This document shows positions 33,185 to 42,741 of a stretch of 52,253 nucleotides of DNA, piece after piece. The notes under the pieces are model-generated. The model ran no database searches, was not told the origin of the DNA, and worked only from the letters and a program-made list of their open reading frames with translations. The stretch comes from Candidatus Micrarchaeota archaeon (GTDB lineage: Archaea; Micrarchaeota; Micrarchaeia; CABMEP01), in assembly GCA_026413625.1 (NCBI GenBank), contig JAOAKO010000004.1, positions 1 to 52,253 of the forward strand, written 5' to 3'. A program made the position numbers and the translations under genes. Position 1 is the first letter of the stretch. Each line of letters begins with the position of its first letter.

Positions 33185-36100
33185 ATGGCGACCATTCAGG
33201 AGATTACCTTACGAAATTTCAAGTCATTTAAGGCAGTGAAGATTCCTTTATCCAAAGGTTTCAATGCCATAATAGGTCCAAATGGAAGCGGGAAAAGCAA
33301 TATCTGCGATGCAATCCGTTTTCTATTCGGTGAAACAAGCCTTTCAGCATTAAGGGCGAGGTCTGTGAATGATCTAATCTACGGCGGCGGGGAAAGAGCA
33401 ACTATTTCTATGAAATTGACGGACATTTCAAATAAGGACATTCTAAATGAACAGAGCGGAAACGGGACGATAGAAATAGTAAGAAAATTAAAGAAGGACG
33501 GAGGAACAGCATACTGGCTTAATGGAAAGAGAACCACAAAGAGCGTTGTGATGGATTTCCTCGCTTCTGAGGGTTTGGAAGTGAGCTCTCACAATGTGAT
33601 CGCCCAGGGAGAAGTTGATAAGATAGTGAGATTCACGGCTAAGCAAAGGAGAGAGGTAATAGATGAGATTGCGGGAGTCGCAGAGTACGAGGAGAAGAAA
33701 AAGGAAGCGCTAAGCGAGCTTAGCAAGGTCGACCAAAGGCTTAACGAAGCAGCAGTGGTAATGAATGAGCGAGAAGGAATCCTTCAAGAACTTGAAAAGG
33801 AAAAGGATGCGGCACTTAAATATATGGCCTTGAAGGACGAGCAAAGGCGACTGAAAGGAACGATTATACTTAATCAGTACTTGAGGCATGAGAAGGAATT
33901 TGAGGGGTTGGTGAAAAAGCTTACGGAAATTGAAAAGCAGTTTGCTGAGATCGAGCAGCAAATGCAGGAATTCCAAAAGAAACTTCAGATGCTGGATGCG
34001 AATAAAAACGAAATAGCGAATAAAATCGCATCAAAGGACCAAAGAAACATTTATGCAGAGGTAGAGGATTTAAGAAACAAAAAAATGCTTAACGAATCTT
34101 TAATAATAGAGAAAGATACGTCTTTACAGAGATTAGATGCTGAAATTGCAAAGCTAACCCAGGAAATGGGCGACATCGATTCAAAGCTTTCAACGTTTAC
34201 AGGTTCGAAGAGGGCAGCCGCAACGAGGGCGGTCGAGCTGAAGAAGCTTATCGAAAGCTTGAATGAGCAGAAAAAGAAGGTTGCGAAAGAATGGGAGGAA
34301 AAGAGAAAGAATTTCGGCCTTTTCGATACCAAATTTGACGAGCTAAGGAAGAGGGAAATAAAGCTCAAGGAGGAAATAGCGAAATTAAACGCAAAGCTTG
34401 ATGTTTCTTCCGGAAACAAAGATGAGAAGAAGTTAGTTAATGAGTTAAGAGAAATTAAGTCTGCGATAGAAAGGAACAACGCAGAGCTCGAGAGGCTCTT
34501 CAAGAAAGAAAAGGATCTAAATTCTCTGATAAGGGAGCTTGATTCTAAGATACTTGAACTTAAGGAGGATCTCGCGACAGCAAGAGGTTCCGGAAACGCG
34601 ATTCCTCAATCAATCTCATTCATTTTAAGCTTAAAAGATGAGATACCTGGAATATATGGAACTGTTGCAGAGCTTTATGATGTCGACAAGAAGTTCTCGA
34701 TAGCAACAGAATCTGCGGCAGGACAGAGGCTTTTCCATATCGTTGTCCAAGACATGGAGACTGCGACAAAGATAATCAAGAGAATGAAGCAAAGCAATGT
34801 TGGAAGAGCAACTTTCATACCTCTGGATGTTAAAACCCCTGAGAAGGGATCTGAACAAAAGGGAACATACGGATCCATACTCAACCTGATAAAATTCGAC
34901 AAGAAATTTGCAAACGTATTTCTCTATGTATTCGGAAACACTCATGTTGTAAACTCTGTAGATGATTTCAAGTCCCATCCAGGACTAAGAATGGTGACTC
35001 TTGACGGAGACCTTGCCGAGACTTCAGGAGTCGTCTCTGGTGGAACTTCTATAAAGAGGTCTTTAAGGGACTCTTTGAAGTCAAATCAGATTGAGAAGGA
35101 GCTTAGCGAACTTAAGGCAACTAGAGAGGGCCACATTTCACAGCTATATAATCTTAATGAGCAGATGGCAATACTTAGAAAGCAAATAGCAAAGGATGAA
35201 ATCAGAAAGAAAGAATTGGAATTAGAGATGGGGGCGGTTTCCAATGAAGACCTTTCAGAGGTAAGGAGGCTGCTCTCCGAAAAAGAGCTCGATCTTCAAG
35301 ACCTTGAAAGAGAAATGCTAAATTTAGAGGGAGAGAAGGCAAGGATAAGAATTGCAATAGAGCAGGGAGAGGGAGAAAAGGAGATAGCAAGACTAGACAA
35401 TGAGATAATGCAGTATTCAACCGAGCTTTCCGCTCTCGAAGAAAAGCTAAAGAGCCAGGATTCTATAATTCTCGAGGAGAGGCTGTCCGCAATCAAATCT
35501 TCTCTGGAGAAGTTAACTTCTGAAAGGGAGGAAATCAAGAAAGCAATAAGTGATCTGAATTCCAAGTTGAAACAAATAACCAAGCAGCTCGAGGCCAAGG
35601 AAGAAAAAATAAGGGACGCAAGCAAGGAATTGGAAAAGCTTTATGCGGAGAGCAAGGCGATTCAAGACGAAATGGACTTGATTAACCAGGAGAGAGGAAA
35701 ATTAATAAGGCGACAGGAAAGGCTTAAGGAGGACAAGATAAGGTTCACTGTTTCAAAAGAAACAATACAAACAAGACTTGCCGACTTGAAAATTGAGGCA
35801 GACCAGTATAAAGACATTCAACCTTTAGAGATGAAGAAAGAAGAGTTGGAAAAGAGGCTTGGAGAGGTCGAATTGGAAATAAACGGAATGGGTTCTGTCA
35901 ACCTTAAGGCTCCAGAGACATACAAGGAGAAATATGAGGAATTTAAGGTAATAAAAGAGAAAGTCGACATACTTTCAAATGAAAAGAACTCAATACTAAG
36001 CATGATAGAGGAGATAGAGAAAAGGAAGAAAGAGATATTTATGTCAACATTTATAGAAGTGAACAAGCATTTCCAAAAGATGGCGCTTTCTCTATTTGGA

Positions 36101-36562
36101 AACGAGGCTACGCTGGCATTGGAGAATGAGGCCAATCCGTTCGAAGGCGGTCTGCACATAATAATGAAAGTAGGGAAGAGGCAGCGCCATATAGAGGGCA
36201 TGTCCGGAGGGGAGAAGTCACTTTTGACTATTGCGTTTGTATTCGCAATTCATATGTATAAACCATCAAAATTCTACATTCTTGACGAGGTCGAAGCTGC
36301 GCTTGACAAGGAAAACAGCAAGAGGTTTGCGCAGCTTGTAAGCTCATTGTCAAAAGATACCCAGTTTATAGTAGTTTCGCATAACGATGTGGTTATAACC
36401 TCGGCCGATGCCGCATTAGGTGTTGCAAAGACGAGACTGGGTTCAAAGATACTCAGCATCAAGCTTTTGCCTGATTCAAGTTCCGATTCGCCTAAGATTG
36501 TATCCGAAGAAATAGAACCTATGGACGAAGAGGAGCGAGATGAAAAAGATGACGAATACTGA
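33185..36562 (+). CDS. smc: SMC chromosome segregation ATPase
   Basis: Walker A GPNGSGKSN, long coiled coils flanking a hinge (about aa 500-620), signature MSGGEKSL and Walker B FYILDEVEAALD. 1125 aa with an acidic tail. Confidence 0.93.
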   Translation: MATIQEITLRNFKSFKAVKIPLSKGFNAIIGPNGSGKSNICDAIRFLFGETSLSALRARSVNDLIYGGGERATISMKLTDISNKDILNEQSGNGTIEIVRKLKKDGGTAYWLNGKRTTKSVVMDFLASEGLEVSSHNVIAQGEVDKIVRFTAKQRREVIDEIAGVAEYEEKKKEALSELSKVDQRLNEAAVVMNEREGILQELEKEKDAALKYMALKDEQRRLKGTIILNQYLRHEKEFEGLVKKLTEIEKQFAEIEQQMQEFQKKLQMLDANKNEIANKIASKDQRNIYAEVEDLRNKKMLNESLIIEKDTSLQRLDAEIAKLTQEMGDIDSKLSTFTGSKRAAATRAVELKKLIESLNEQKKKVAKEWEEKRKNFGLFDTKFDELRKREIKLKEEIAKLNAKLDVSSGNKDEKKLVNELREIKSAIERNNAELERLFKKEKDLNSLIRELDSKILELKEDLATARGSGNAIPQSISFILSLKDEIPGIYGTVAELYDVDKKFSIATESAAGQRLFHIVVQDMETATKIIKRMKQSNVGRATFIPLDVKTPEKGSEQKGTYGSILNLIKFDKKFANVFLYVFGNTHVVNSVDDFKSHPGLRMVTLDGDLAETSGVVSGGTSIKRSLRDSLKSNQIEKELSELKATREGHISQLYNLNEQMAILRKQIAKDEIRKKELELEMGAVSNEDLSEVRRLLSEKELDLQDLEREMLNLEGEKARIRIAIEQGEGEKEIARLDNEIMQYSTELSALEEKLKSQDSIILEERLSAIKSSLEKLTSEREEIKKAISDLNSKLKQITKQLEAKEEKIRDASKELEKLYAESKAIQDEMDLINQERGKLIRRQERLKEDKIRFTVSKETIQTRLADLKIEADQYKDIQPLEMKKEELEKRLGEVELEINGMGSVNLKAPETYKEKYEEFKVIKEKVDILSNEKNSILSMIEEIEKRKKEIFMSTFIEVNKHFQKMALSLFGNEATLALENEANPFEGGLHIIMKVGKRQRHIEGMSGGEKSLLTIAFVFAIHMYKPSKFYILDEVEAALDKENSKRFAQLVSSLSKDTQFIVVSHNDVVITSADAALGVAKTRLGSKILSIKLLPDSSSDSPKIVSEEIEPMDEEERDEKDDEY

Positions 36563-36618
36563 TCTAATTCATCTAGGCATAGATTAAAATTTATTTTTGT
36601 ATAATTATTCTTGATTAG

Positions 36619-37563
36619 ATGAAGCCAATAATTGTGGGAGTGGACCCGGGAACGTACATAGGAATTGCAATATTTGACTTAAACGGAAACTTGATGTACA
36701 GCTCAACAATTATGGACAAGGGTAAGGAAGAGGCAGTCACTCAAATTTCAAACCATGGAAATCCCATAGTCGTAGCTTCTGACGTAAATCCGCCTCCCCA
36801 GTTTGTTACACAGATTGCATCATATTTTAACGCAAGGCTTTTTTATCCGAAGTCAACGATAAGCGATCTGTCTAAGACGGTCGAAACTTCTAAATATAAG
36901 TTCAGTTCTGTTCATGAGAGGGACGCAATAATCGCAGTTTTAGCATTTTTTAAAGAAAATTCCAACAAGCTCAGATGGATAGAAAGAACATTGAGAGATA
37001 AGGGTCTGTCCAAAATTGAGGAGGACGTTAAGAGATATGCGCTTAGCGGAATGAGGGTTGATGATGCGATTAAGGCGCTTGTCCCGGTTGATGACGAATA
37101 CAAGAAAATCATGGAATATGCGAAATCGCTTCCGGAAGCACCGCCAATTGCAAAGGCTGCAGAAAGAAGGGAGAGCGACAGAGACACCATAATAGGACTT
37201 TTGGAATCAAACATCAGGCTGAAGGCAAGGCTTTCAGTTCTCGAGGAGGAGCTCAGAATCCTCAAGTCTGAGAGAGGGAGCGAATCCAATAGAAATCTTA
37301 ATTCTATCTTGTTTTCAAGAGATATGAAGATAAGAAGATTGAAGAGAATAATCAAGATGAAAAACAATAAAATAAAGCATCTTTACAGAATTATAGATTC
37401 AATGAAAGAAAAGAGCAAAGAGGCCGGGAAAGAGCAAATTCCGGATAAAACAGATAAAAAAGATACTGGAGCTGCAAAAGAGAAAGATTTAAAAAATGAA
37501 GATACAACTTTATCTATAGAAAAAATAGTCAAGGAATACAGGCAATCCCGTTTTAAGGATTAG
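36619..37563 (+). CDS. DUF460-family protein (RNase-H-like fold) with a C-terminal coiled coil
   Basis: IIVGVDPGTYIGIAIFDLNGNL....GNPIVVASDVNPPPQFV..IASYFNARLFYP....SVHERDAIIA follows the DUF460 pattern. Confidence 0.72.
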   Translation: MKPIIVGVDPGTYIGIAIFDLNGNLMYSSTIMDKGKEEAVTQISNHGNPIVVASDVNPPPQFVTQIASYFNARLFYPKSTISDLSKTVETSKYKFSSVHERDAIIAVLAFFKENSNKLRWIERTLRDKGLSKIEEDVKRYALSGMRVDDAIKALVPVDDEYKKIMEYAKSLPEAPPIAKAAERRESDRDTIIGLLESNIRLKARLSVLEEELRILKSERGSESNRNLNSILFSRDMKIRRLKRIIKMKNNKIKHLYRIIDSMKEKSKEAGKEQIPDKTDKKDTGAAKEKDLKNEDTTLSIEKIVKEYRQSRFKD

Positions 37564-37569
37564 GTTTCC

Positions 37570-37983
37570 TTGGCAAATCTAAAAACTACAAAGAGTGATA
37601 GTATGGTAGAAGAAAGTGCAGAATTTGAAGAAACAGAGGAAATGACTGCTGAACAGAGAGCTTCTTCTGGCCAGCCAGCGCAGCCAGCAGGCAACATTGT
37701 ATACGTAAGCAAGAAAGGAGTGATGGCTTACGTGCTTGCAGTTGTAACCCAATTCAATGCAGGCGCGAAGGAAGTCACACTAAAAGCAAGAGGAAAAGTG
37801 ATTTCAAGAGCAGTGGATGCTGCAGAGATTGTAAAGAACAAATTCCTCCAGGATGTTTCAATCAAGAGCATTAAAACGTCCACAGAGGACATGAAAACAG
37901 CATCCGGCGCGCCAACTAAGGTTTCTACAATAGAGATCGTGTTGGCAAGAAATCCAGGCAGCAGCGCTGAATTAAAGCTTTAA
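37570..37983 (+). CDS. albA: Alba DNA/RNA-binding protein with an acidic N-terminal extension
   Basis: Alba core [51 protein letters not shown]....STIEIVL. The listed start is TTG; the ATG at 37603 is preceded by 'gtgat'. Confidence 0.85.
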   Translation: MANLKTTKSDSMVEESAEFEETEEMTAEQRASSGQPAQPAGNIVYVSKKGVMAYVLAVVTQFNAGAKEVTLKARGKVISRAVDAAEIVKNKFLQDVSIKSIKTSTEDMKTASGAPTKVSTIEIVLARNPGSSAELKL

Positions 37984-38077
37984 TTTTTTTATTTTAATTT
38001 TCAGCATTTTATGGATTTTCATATTCGCTTGTTTAGCCATAGACTTGCTAGGATCTAAATCTCTATAGAGTGATTTC

Positions 38078-39367
38078 ATGAGGATATACACTTCCCAGGT
38101 AAAGCCAGAAATGAACGATTCAGAGGTGGAGCTTGCAGGATGGGTCCACGAAACAAGAGATCACGGAAAGATAAGATTTCTTATATTAAGGGACAAAAAA
38201 GGTTTGGTTCAAGTCATCGGAAAGAAGGGAATCGTTGGCGACGATGTATTTAATCTGCTTTCCCTTCCAAAGGAAACAGTCATTTCGCTTAGAGGGAAAG
38301 TTAAGTCGTCTCCACAGGCGCCAAGGGGAGTGGAAATAATCCCTTCCGAGATAAAGATACTTAACAGGGTCACAATACAGCTTCCAGTCGATCCAACTTC
38401 TCACGTTGAGGCTGATCTGGACGTAAGGCTAGATAACAGGCACATTGACCTGAGAACAAAGAGGGTCCAGGCCATATTTCAAATACAGTCAACAATCCTT
38501 AGGGCGTTCAGGGAGAAACTTACTTCTCTTGACTTTGAGGAGATAATCCCTCCTTCCCTTATTGCCGCCGCAAGTGAAGGAGGCGCAGACGTTTTTCCGG
38601 TAATTTATTTCGATAAGGAAGCATTTTTGTCGCAGTCTCCCCAGCTGTATAAGCAGCTTGCAGTAATCGGAGGAATGGAAAGAGTGTTTATGACGCCTCA
38701 GTACTTCAGGGCTGAGAAACACAACACAACCGCGCATCTTAATGAAATTACAGGAATGGACGCAGAGATCGGATTTGCAGACCACCATCTCGCAATGAGC
38801 ATCTTGTCGGAAACATTTTTGCACATTCTTTCTTCAGTAAAGGAGAGAAACGCAGATGATCTTGCAGAGCTTAAGGTAGAGCTAAACGTTCCAAAGAAGC
38901 TTAACATTTACACCTATACAGAGGCAGTCGACATGCTGAATAAACACGGAATGAAGTTTGAATGGGGCACAGACTTCGGAAGGGATGAGGAAAGAAAATT
39001 GTTCGAGATAATCGGCGAGGAGGCGTATATAATATCAGAATATCCGACTGCAGTCAGGGCGTTCTATTCCATGCCTAATGAAAACGATCCTAAGATTTCA
39101 AATTCATATGACCTTATGTATCAGGGAGTTGAGATGTCATCCGGAGCGCAGCGTATCCATATTCCAGAACTCCTTGAAAAGCAGATAAGGGCAAAGGGAA
39201 TGAACCCTGCTAACTTCGGATTCTACCTAAACGCATTCAAATCCGGAGCTCCTCCCCATGCCGGATTCGGAATGGGATTGCAGAGAGTTACTATGGCTAT
39301 AACAAGGCAAAAGAACATAAGGGAGTGCACACTTTTCCCGAGGGACATGCACAGACTAACTCCTTAA
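38078..39367 (+). CDS. aspS: aspartyl-tRNA synthetase (archaeal type)
   Basis: N-terminal OB (VELAGWVHETRDHGKIRFLILRD), class-II motif 2 FRAE and motif 3 GAPPHAGFGMGLQR. 429 aa. Confidence 0.92.
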   Translation: MRIYTSQVKPEMNDSEVELAGWVHETRDHGKIRFLILRDKKGLVQVIGKKGIVGDDVFNLLSLPKETVISLRGKVKSSPQAPRGVEIIPSEIKILNRVTIQLPVDPTSHVEADLDVRLDNRHIDLRTKRVQAIFQIQSTILRAFREKLTSLDFEEIIPPSLIAAASEGGADVFPVIYFDKEAFLSQSPQLYKQLAVIGGMERVFMTPQYFRAEKHNTTAHLNEITGMDAEIGFADHHLAMSILSETFLHILSSVKERNADDLAELKVELNVPKKLNIYTYTEAVDMLNKHGMKFEWGTDFGRDEERKLFEIIGEEAYIISEYPTAVRAFYSMPNENDPKISNSYDLMYQGVEMSSGAQRIHIPELLEKQIRAKGMNPANFGFYLNAFKSGAPPHAGFGMGLQRVTMAITRQKNIRECTLFPRDMHRLTP

Positions 39368-39394
39368 GAATGATGCGTATAAAAGTCACAGCTT

Positions 39395-39790
39395 TTATTC
39401 TTTTTTCATCTGTTTTTTCTTTTCAAGCTCGCATAAAAGGTTTTTGCATCCGAATGAAATTGTGTCGCTGCCGTTTTCAAGGAATCTTGTTAATACGTCT
39501 TTTGCTTTAATATATACTTTATCGTCCAGCTCGGGCTGCTTGATTACACTTTCAATGAGCTTGAGGGCCTCTCTTTTCTGCCACCTAAATCTGCACCTTT
39601 GAAGCCTTTTTTCTGCTTCGCGAAGCCTAGACATGGACTTTTCAACATCTATTTTTTTGCTAAAGTTTATTTCATTTTTGATTTTAATTCGTTCTACATT
39701 CGGCATATCGCGAAAGTGCGCTGAATGTACATGCCCTTTAAAAACAGGCGGTTTATTTTGAAAACCGTCCTTTTTTTGGAAATATGTCAC
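39395..39790 (-). CDS. hypothetical protein
   Basis: 131-aa basic ORF; no family recognised. Confidence 0.4.
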   Translation of the reverse strand: MTYFQKKDGFQNKPPVFKGHVHSAHFRDMPNVERIKIKNEINFSKKIDVEKSMSRLREAEKRLQRCRFRWQKREALKLIESVIKQPELDDKVYIKAKDVLTRFLENGSDTISFGCKNLLCELEKKKQMKKE

Positions 39791-39835
39791 AAAACCACTA
39801 TTCTTTTACTCAATTACTATTTTTATTCTTTGCTG

Positions 39836-41194
39836 TCAATGGCTAACGGGCTTTGTTACATTTATATCTCTTACTAGTGCTGGAGGTGCGATTACAGATC
39901 CATGAACCTCCCATGAATGTATCTTTTCTGCTTTCTTCCCGATCAATTCTGCGTTTTTCATGATCTCCTGCAGAGATGAGTTTATTCTCACGTTTCTTAT
40001 CGGCGCCTCTATTTTTCCGTTTTTGATCAAAAACGTTGCGTCTCTTGGCAGTATAGAAAATTCTCCTGTGAAATAGTTTTGGAATCTCATATACCATGCA
40101 TTTGTCACATAAATCCCGTAATCCACATTTTCAATAAGCTTCTCAAGGGAACAGCTTCCTTTTTGCAAAACCACATTCCAAGGATGCGGATTTATCAGGC
40201 CGGCATTGGCTGTTGTCTCTGTTTTGTATCGTTTGGCAGTGGAAGTGTTATGAAGATATGTTTTCAGCACCCCTCTTTCAATTATCGCCTTTCTTTTTGT
40301 CGGAACTCCTTCGCTGTCATACGGGGAGCATATGAATGCGTCTTCGTAGATCGGATCGTCTATTAAAGTAAAGCACTCGCTACCGACTTGCTTCCCGAGC
40401 TTGTTGACCAAAAACGAGTTTCCAGTTTCCACTTCAAATGCAGATGCAGAGTCAGCGATATGCTCCAGGATTATCGCTAATGGAAGAGGCTCGAACAAGA
40501 CGTCCATTTTTCCTTCGACTTCTTTCTTTTCGCCTTTGGATTCCATTGCAAATCTCGCAGCTTCCTTAGCAATTGCGGAAGGATTTAAGTTTTTGACACT
40601 CCTTGCCGAGTAAACCTTGTGCCCCGAAGACTCTTTGTCATATATGGATCTGAATGAAAAATAAACGCTGCTGTCTCTGCTTTTTGCCTCGCATTTTTCA
40701 GATGTCAACAGATAATCAACAGAATAGCTAGTTTCAAAAACCCCCCCGTTTCTGACTTTGCCCACTTCTTCAGCCGAATTTACGGCCTCCTCAATTGTCT
40801 CCGCGTGCATATTATAGCATTCCTCAATTCTTTTGTCATATTTTGTAGTTTTGTATTTGAACGGACCTTCGGCAATTCCTTCAAACTTCTCATTCACAGG
40901 AATGTGCGACGCGTATCTATTTATTTTTTCGATTGCGCTCTTTATTCCTTTTTCGCTAGTGTCTTTGATCGTTGTTTCGACTATCCTTCCCTTCCAATTG
41001 CAAAATACATAGATCGACTTTGATATCGAAGAGTCAGACTTTACTATTCTATTGTTTGCGAATTTAGTTTGCTGGTAGTTTCCGATGCCAGCATGCAAAA
41101 CAACGTCATTGGCTCCCTCTGATTTAAGCTTCTTCATTATTTTCTCTGTTTTTTCTGCAAGAATTTCAATTTCTTTTTCCATATCAAAGTTCAT
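39836..41194 (-). CDS. pmbA: TldD/PmbA-family protein (PmbA-like partner)
   Basis: Family-typical length and C-terminal pattern (GIYVTNAWYMRF....G.FS...RDATFLIKNGKI..P.RN.R). Lacks HExxxH. Lies immediately downstream of tldD. Confidence 0.82.
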   Translation of the reverse strand: MNFDMEKEIEILAEKTEKIMKKLKSEGANDVVLHAGIGNYQQTKFANNRIVKSDSSISKSIYVFCNWKGRIVETTIKDTSEKGIKSAIEKINRYASHIPVNEKFEGIAEGPFKYKTTKYDKRIEECYNMHAETIEEAVNSAEEVGKVRNGGVFETSYSVDYLLTSEKCEAKSRDSSVYFSFRSIYDKESSGHKVYSARSVKNLNPSAIAKEAARFAMESKGEKKEVEGKMDVLFEPLPLAIILEHIADSASAFEVETGNSFLVNKLGKQVGSECFTLIDDPIYEDAFICSPYDSEGVPTKRKAIIERGVLKTYLHNTSTAKRYKTETTANAGLINPHPWNVVLQKGSCSLEKLIENVDYGIYVTNAWYMRFQNYFTGEFSILPRDATFLIKNGKIEAPIRNVRINSSLQEIMKNAELIGKKAEKIHSWEVHGSVIAPPALVRDINVTKPVSH

Positions 41195-41207
41195 TCTCCC
41201 ACTTCTC

Positions 41208-42647
41208 CTATCTCATCCTTATTTTCATTCTCATTGACGCTCCTCCCATAGATACAGGTATTCCCTGCATAGGTTCTCCCTTTCCGCAGGTTGCAGCATG
41301 CAGCTCAAAGTTGTCTGCGATCGCATTGACAGAATTCCATAGTATTGGAGTGGTTATTTCTATGGAAGGCTGCTTCAAAGGTTTAGTTATTTTTCCGTTT
41401 TCTATAAGATAGGCCTCATTGGCCTTGTATTTCTGGTTTAATCTTTTGTCGTCAATATTCCATTCCATAAAGTTCTTTATGTATATTCCGTATTTTGTAT
41501 CTCTTATGATTTCGTCCTCTTTCCAATCGCCAGGGAGAACAACTGTATTTGACATTCTTATTATCGGTTCCACGTCAAATTCAGAAGCGCGGGCAGAGCC
41601 GTTGCTTCTTATTTTGAATTTTGCGGCCGTCTGCCTGTTGTGCAAGAATTCGTTTATAATCCCGCTTTTGATCAGCATCTTCTTTCTGGCCCTCACTCCT
41701 TCATCATCATACAAATAATATCCGAATGAGTCTGGAATGGTAGGGTCATCTGCAACATTGACCATATCAGAGCCGATTTTTGTTCCGATCATATCTGGAT
41801 TTACGAAAGATTCGCCAGCCTGGGCGCTCTCTCTTCCAAGGATTCTATCTGCTTCATACGGATGACCAACGCTCTCATGAGCCATTATTCCAGAGATCTC
41901 AGGAGAGACAACGACTTCAATTTCGCCTTTTGGAGGAGAAATTCCGTTTGTTATCGTATTTTTCATTGCCTTTGCTTCCTCGCTTATCTTTTCTTCTATA
42001 TTCATTCTTTCTATCTTTTCAAAACCACCGACTATTCCATATTGCCAATGTCTTTGCATGTTTTGTCCGTTTTCTCTCACTATAAAATTGTAAAATAAAT
42101 CCACTCTCGGTATCCTGCTTTCAATCGCACTCCCGTTTGAGTTAACATAGTATTTTTCAGTCATTCCATCTACATAATAAAAAGTTCTTGTGAATACGTT
42201 TGCCCCAGCTTCCAGGAGACTTTTTTCTATTCCCTTGACATATTCAAGCTTGGCTTCTATTCCGAAATTCTCGATTTTCTTCTTCTGCCTGATTTCATAT
42301 TTGTGTTTCTCCGCCTTTTCCTCTGAGAACTCAATCTCTTCTCCGATTCTTACGGATTTTCTTGTCATTTTAATTGACTGATTGATTATTTTTTCAATTT
42401 CTTCTTTTCCGAATGAGTTTATGCTAAAAAATCCAAGGCATCCGTTAAGCAGATATCTTACTCCAATCCCTTCCTCACTTCCAAATGACGCTGCCTCAAG
42501 GTTTCCGTTGCTTATGTAGAAGCTTTCTCCACTAGTTCTTTCCAGTCTAACTTCTACGTATTCGACATTTTGTTTTTTAAGTTTCGATAAAATAAGATCA
42601 GCTGTGTGCCTTAGGTCATCCCAATCCCAGCTTTTTGTTTTTTTCAT
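41208..42647 (-). CDS. tldD: TldD-family metalloprotease
   Basis: HESVGHPYEADR (HExxxH metal site), GYYLYDDEGV, and a C-terminal GxC motif (ATCGKGEP). Confidence 0.88.
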   Translation of the reverse strand: MKKTKSWDWDDLRHTADLILSKLKKQNVEYVEVRLERTSGESFYISNGNLEAASFGSEEGIGVRYLLNGCLGFFSINSFGKEEIEKIINQSIKMTRKSVRIGEEIEFSEEKAEKHKYEIRQKKKIENFGIEAKLEYVKGIEKSLLEAGANVFTRTFYYVDGMTEKYYVNSNGSAIESRIPRVDLFYNFIVRENGQNMQRHWQYGIVGGFEKIERMNIEEKISEEAKAMKNTITNGISPPKGEIEVVVSPEISGIMAHESVGHPYEADRILGRESAQAGESFVNPDMIGTKIGSDMVNVADDPTIPDSFGYYLYDDEGVRARKKMLIKSGIINEFLHNRQTAAKFKIRSNGSARASEFDVEPIIRMSNTVVLPGDWKEDEIIRDTKYGIYIKNFMEWNIDDKRLNQKYKANEAYLIENGKITKPLKQPSIEITTPILWNSVNAIADNFELHAATCGKGEPMQGIPVSMGGASMRMKIRMR

Positions 42648-42741
42648 CAGATCACTCCAATCGCATGAACCATTTAAACATTAAACGCTTTAAAATAGTT
42701 TTATTGTAATCGCTTATAAAAGTTTATGCTCAAATTAAAAC

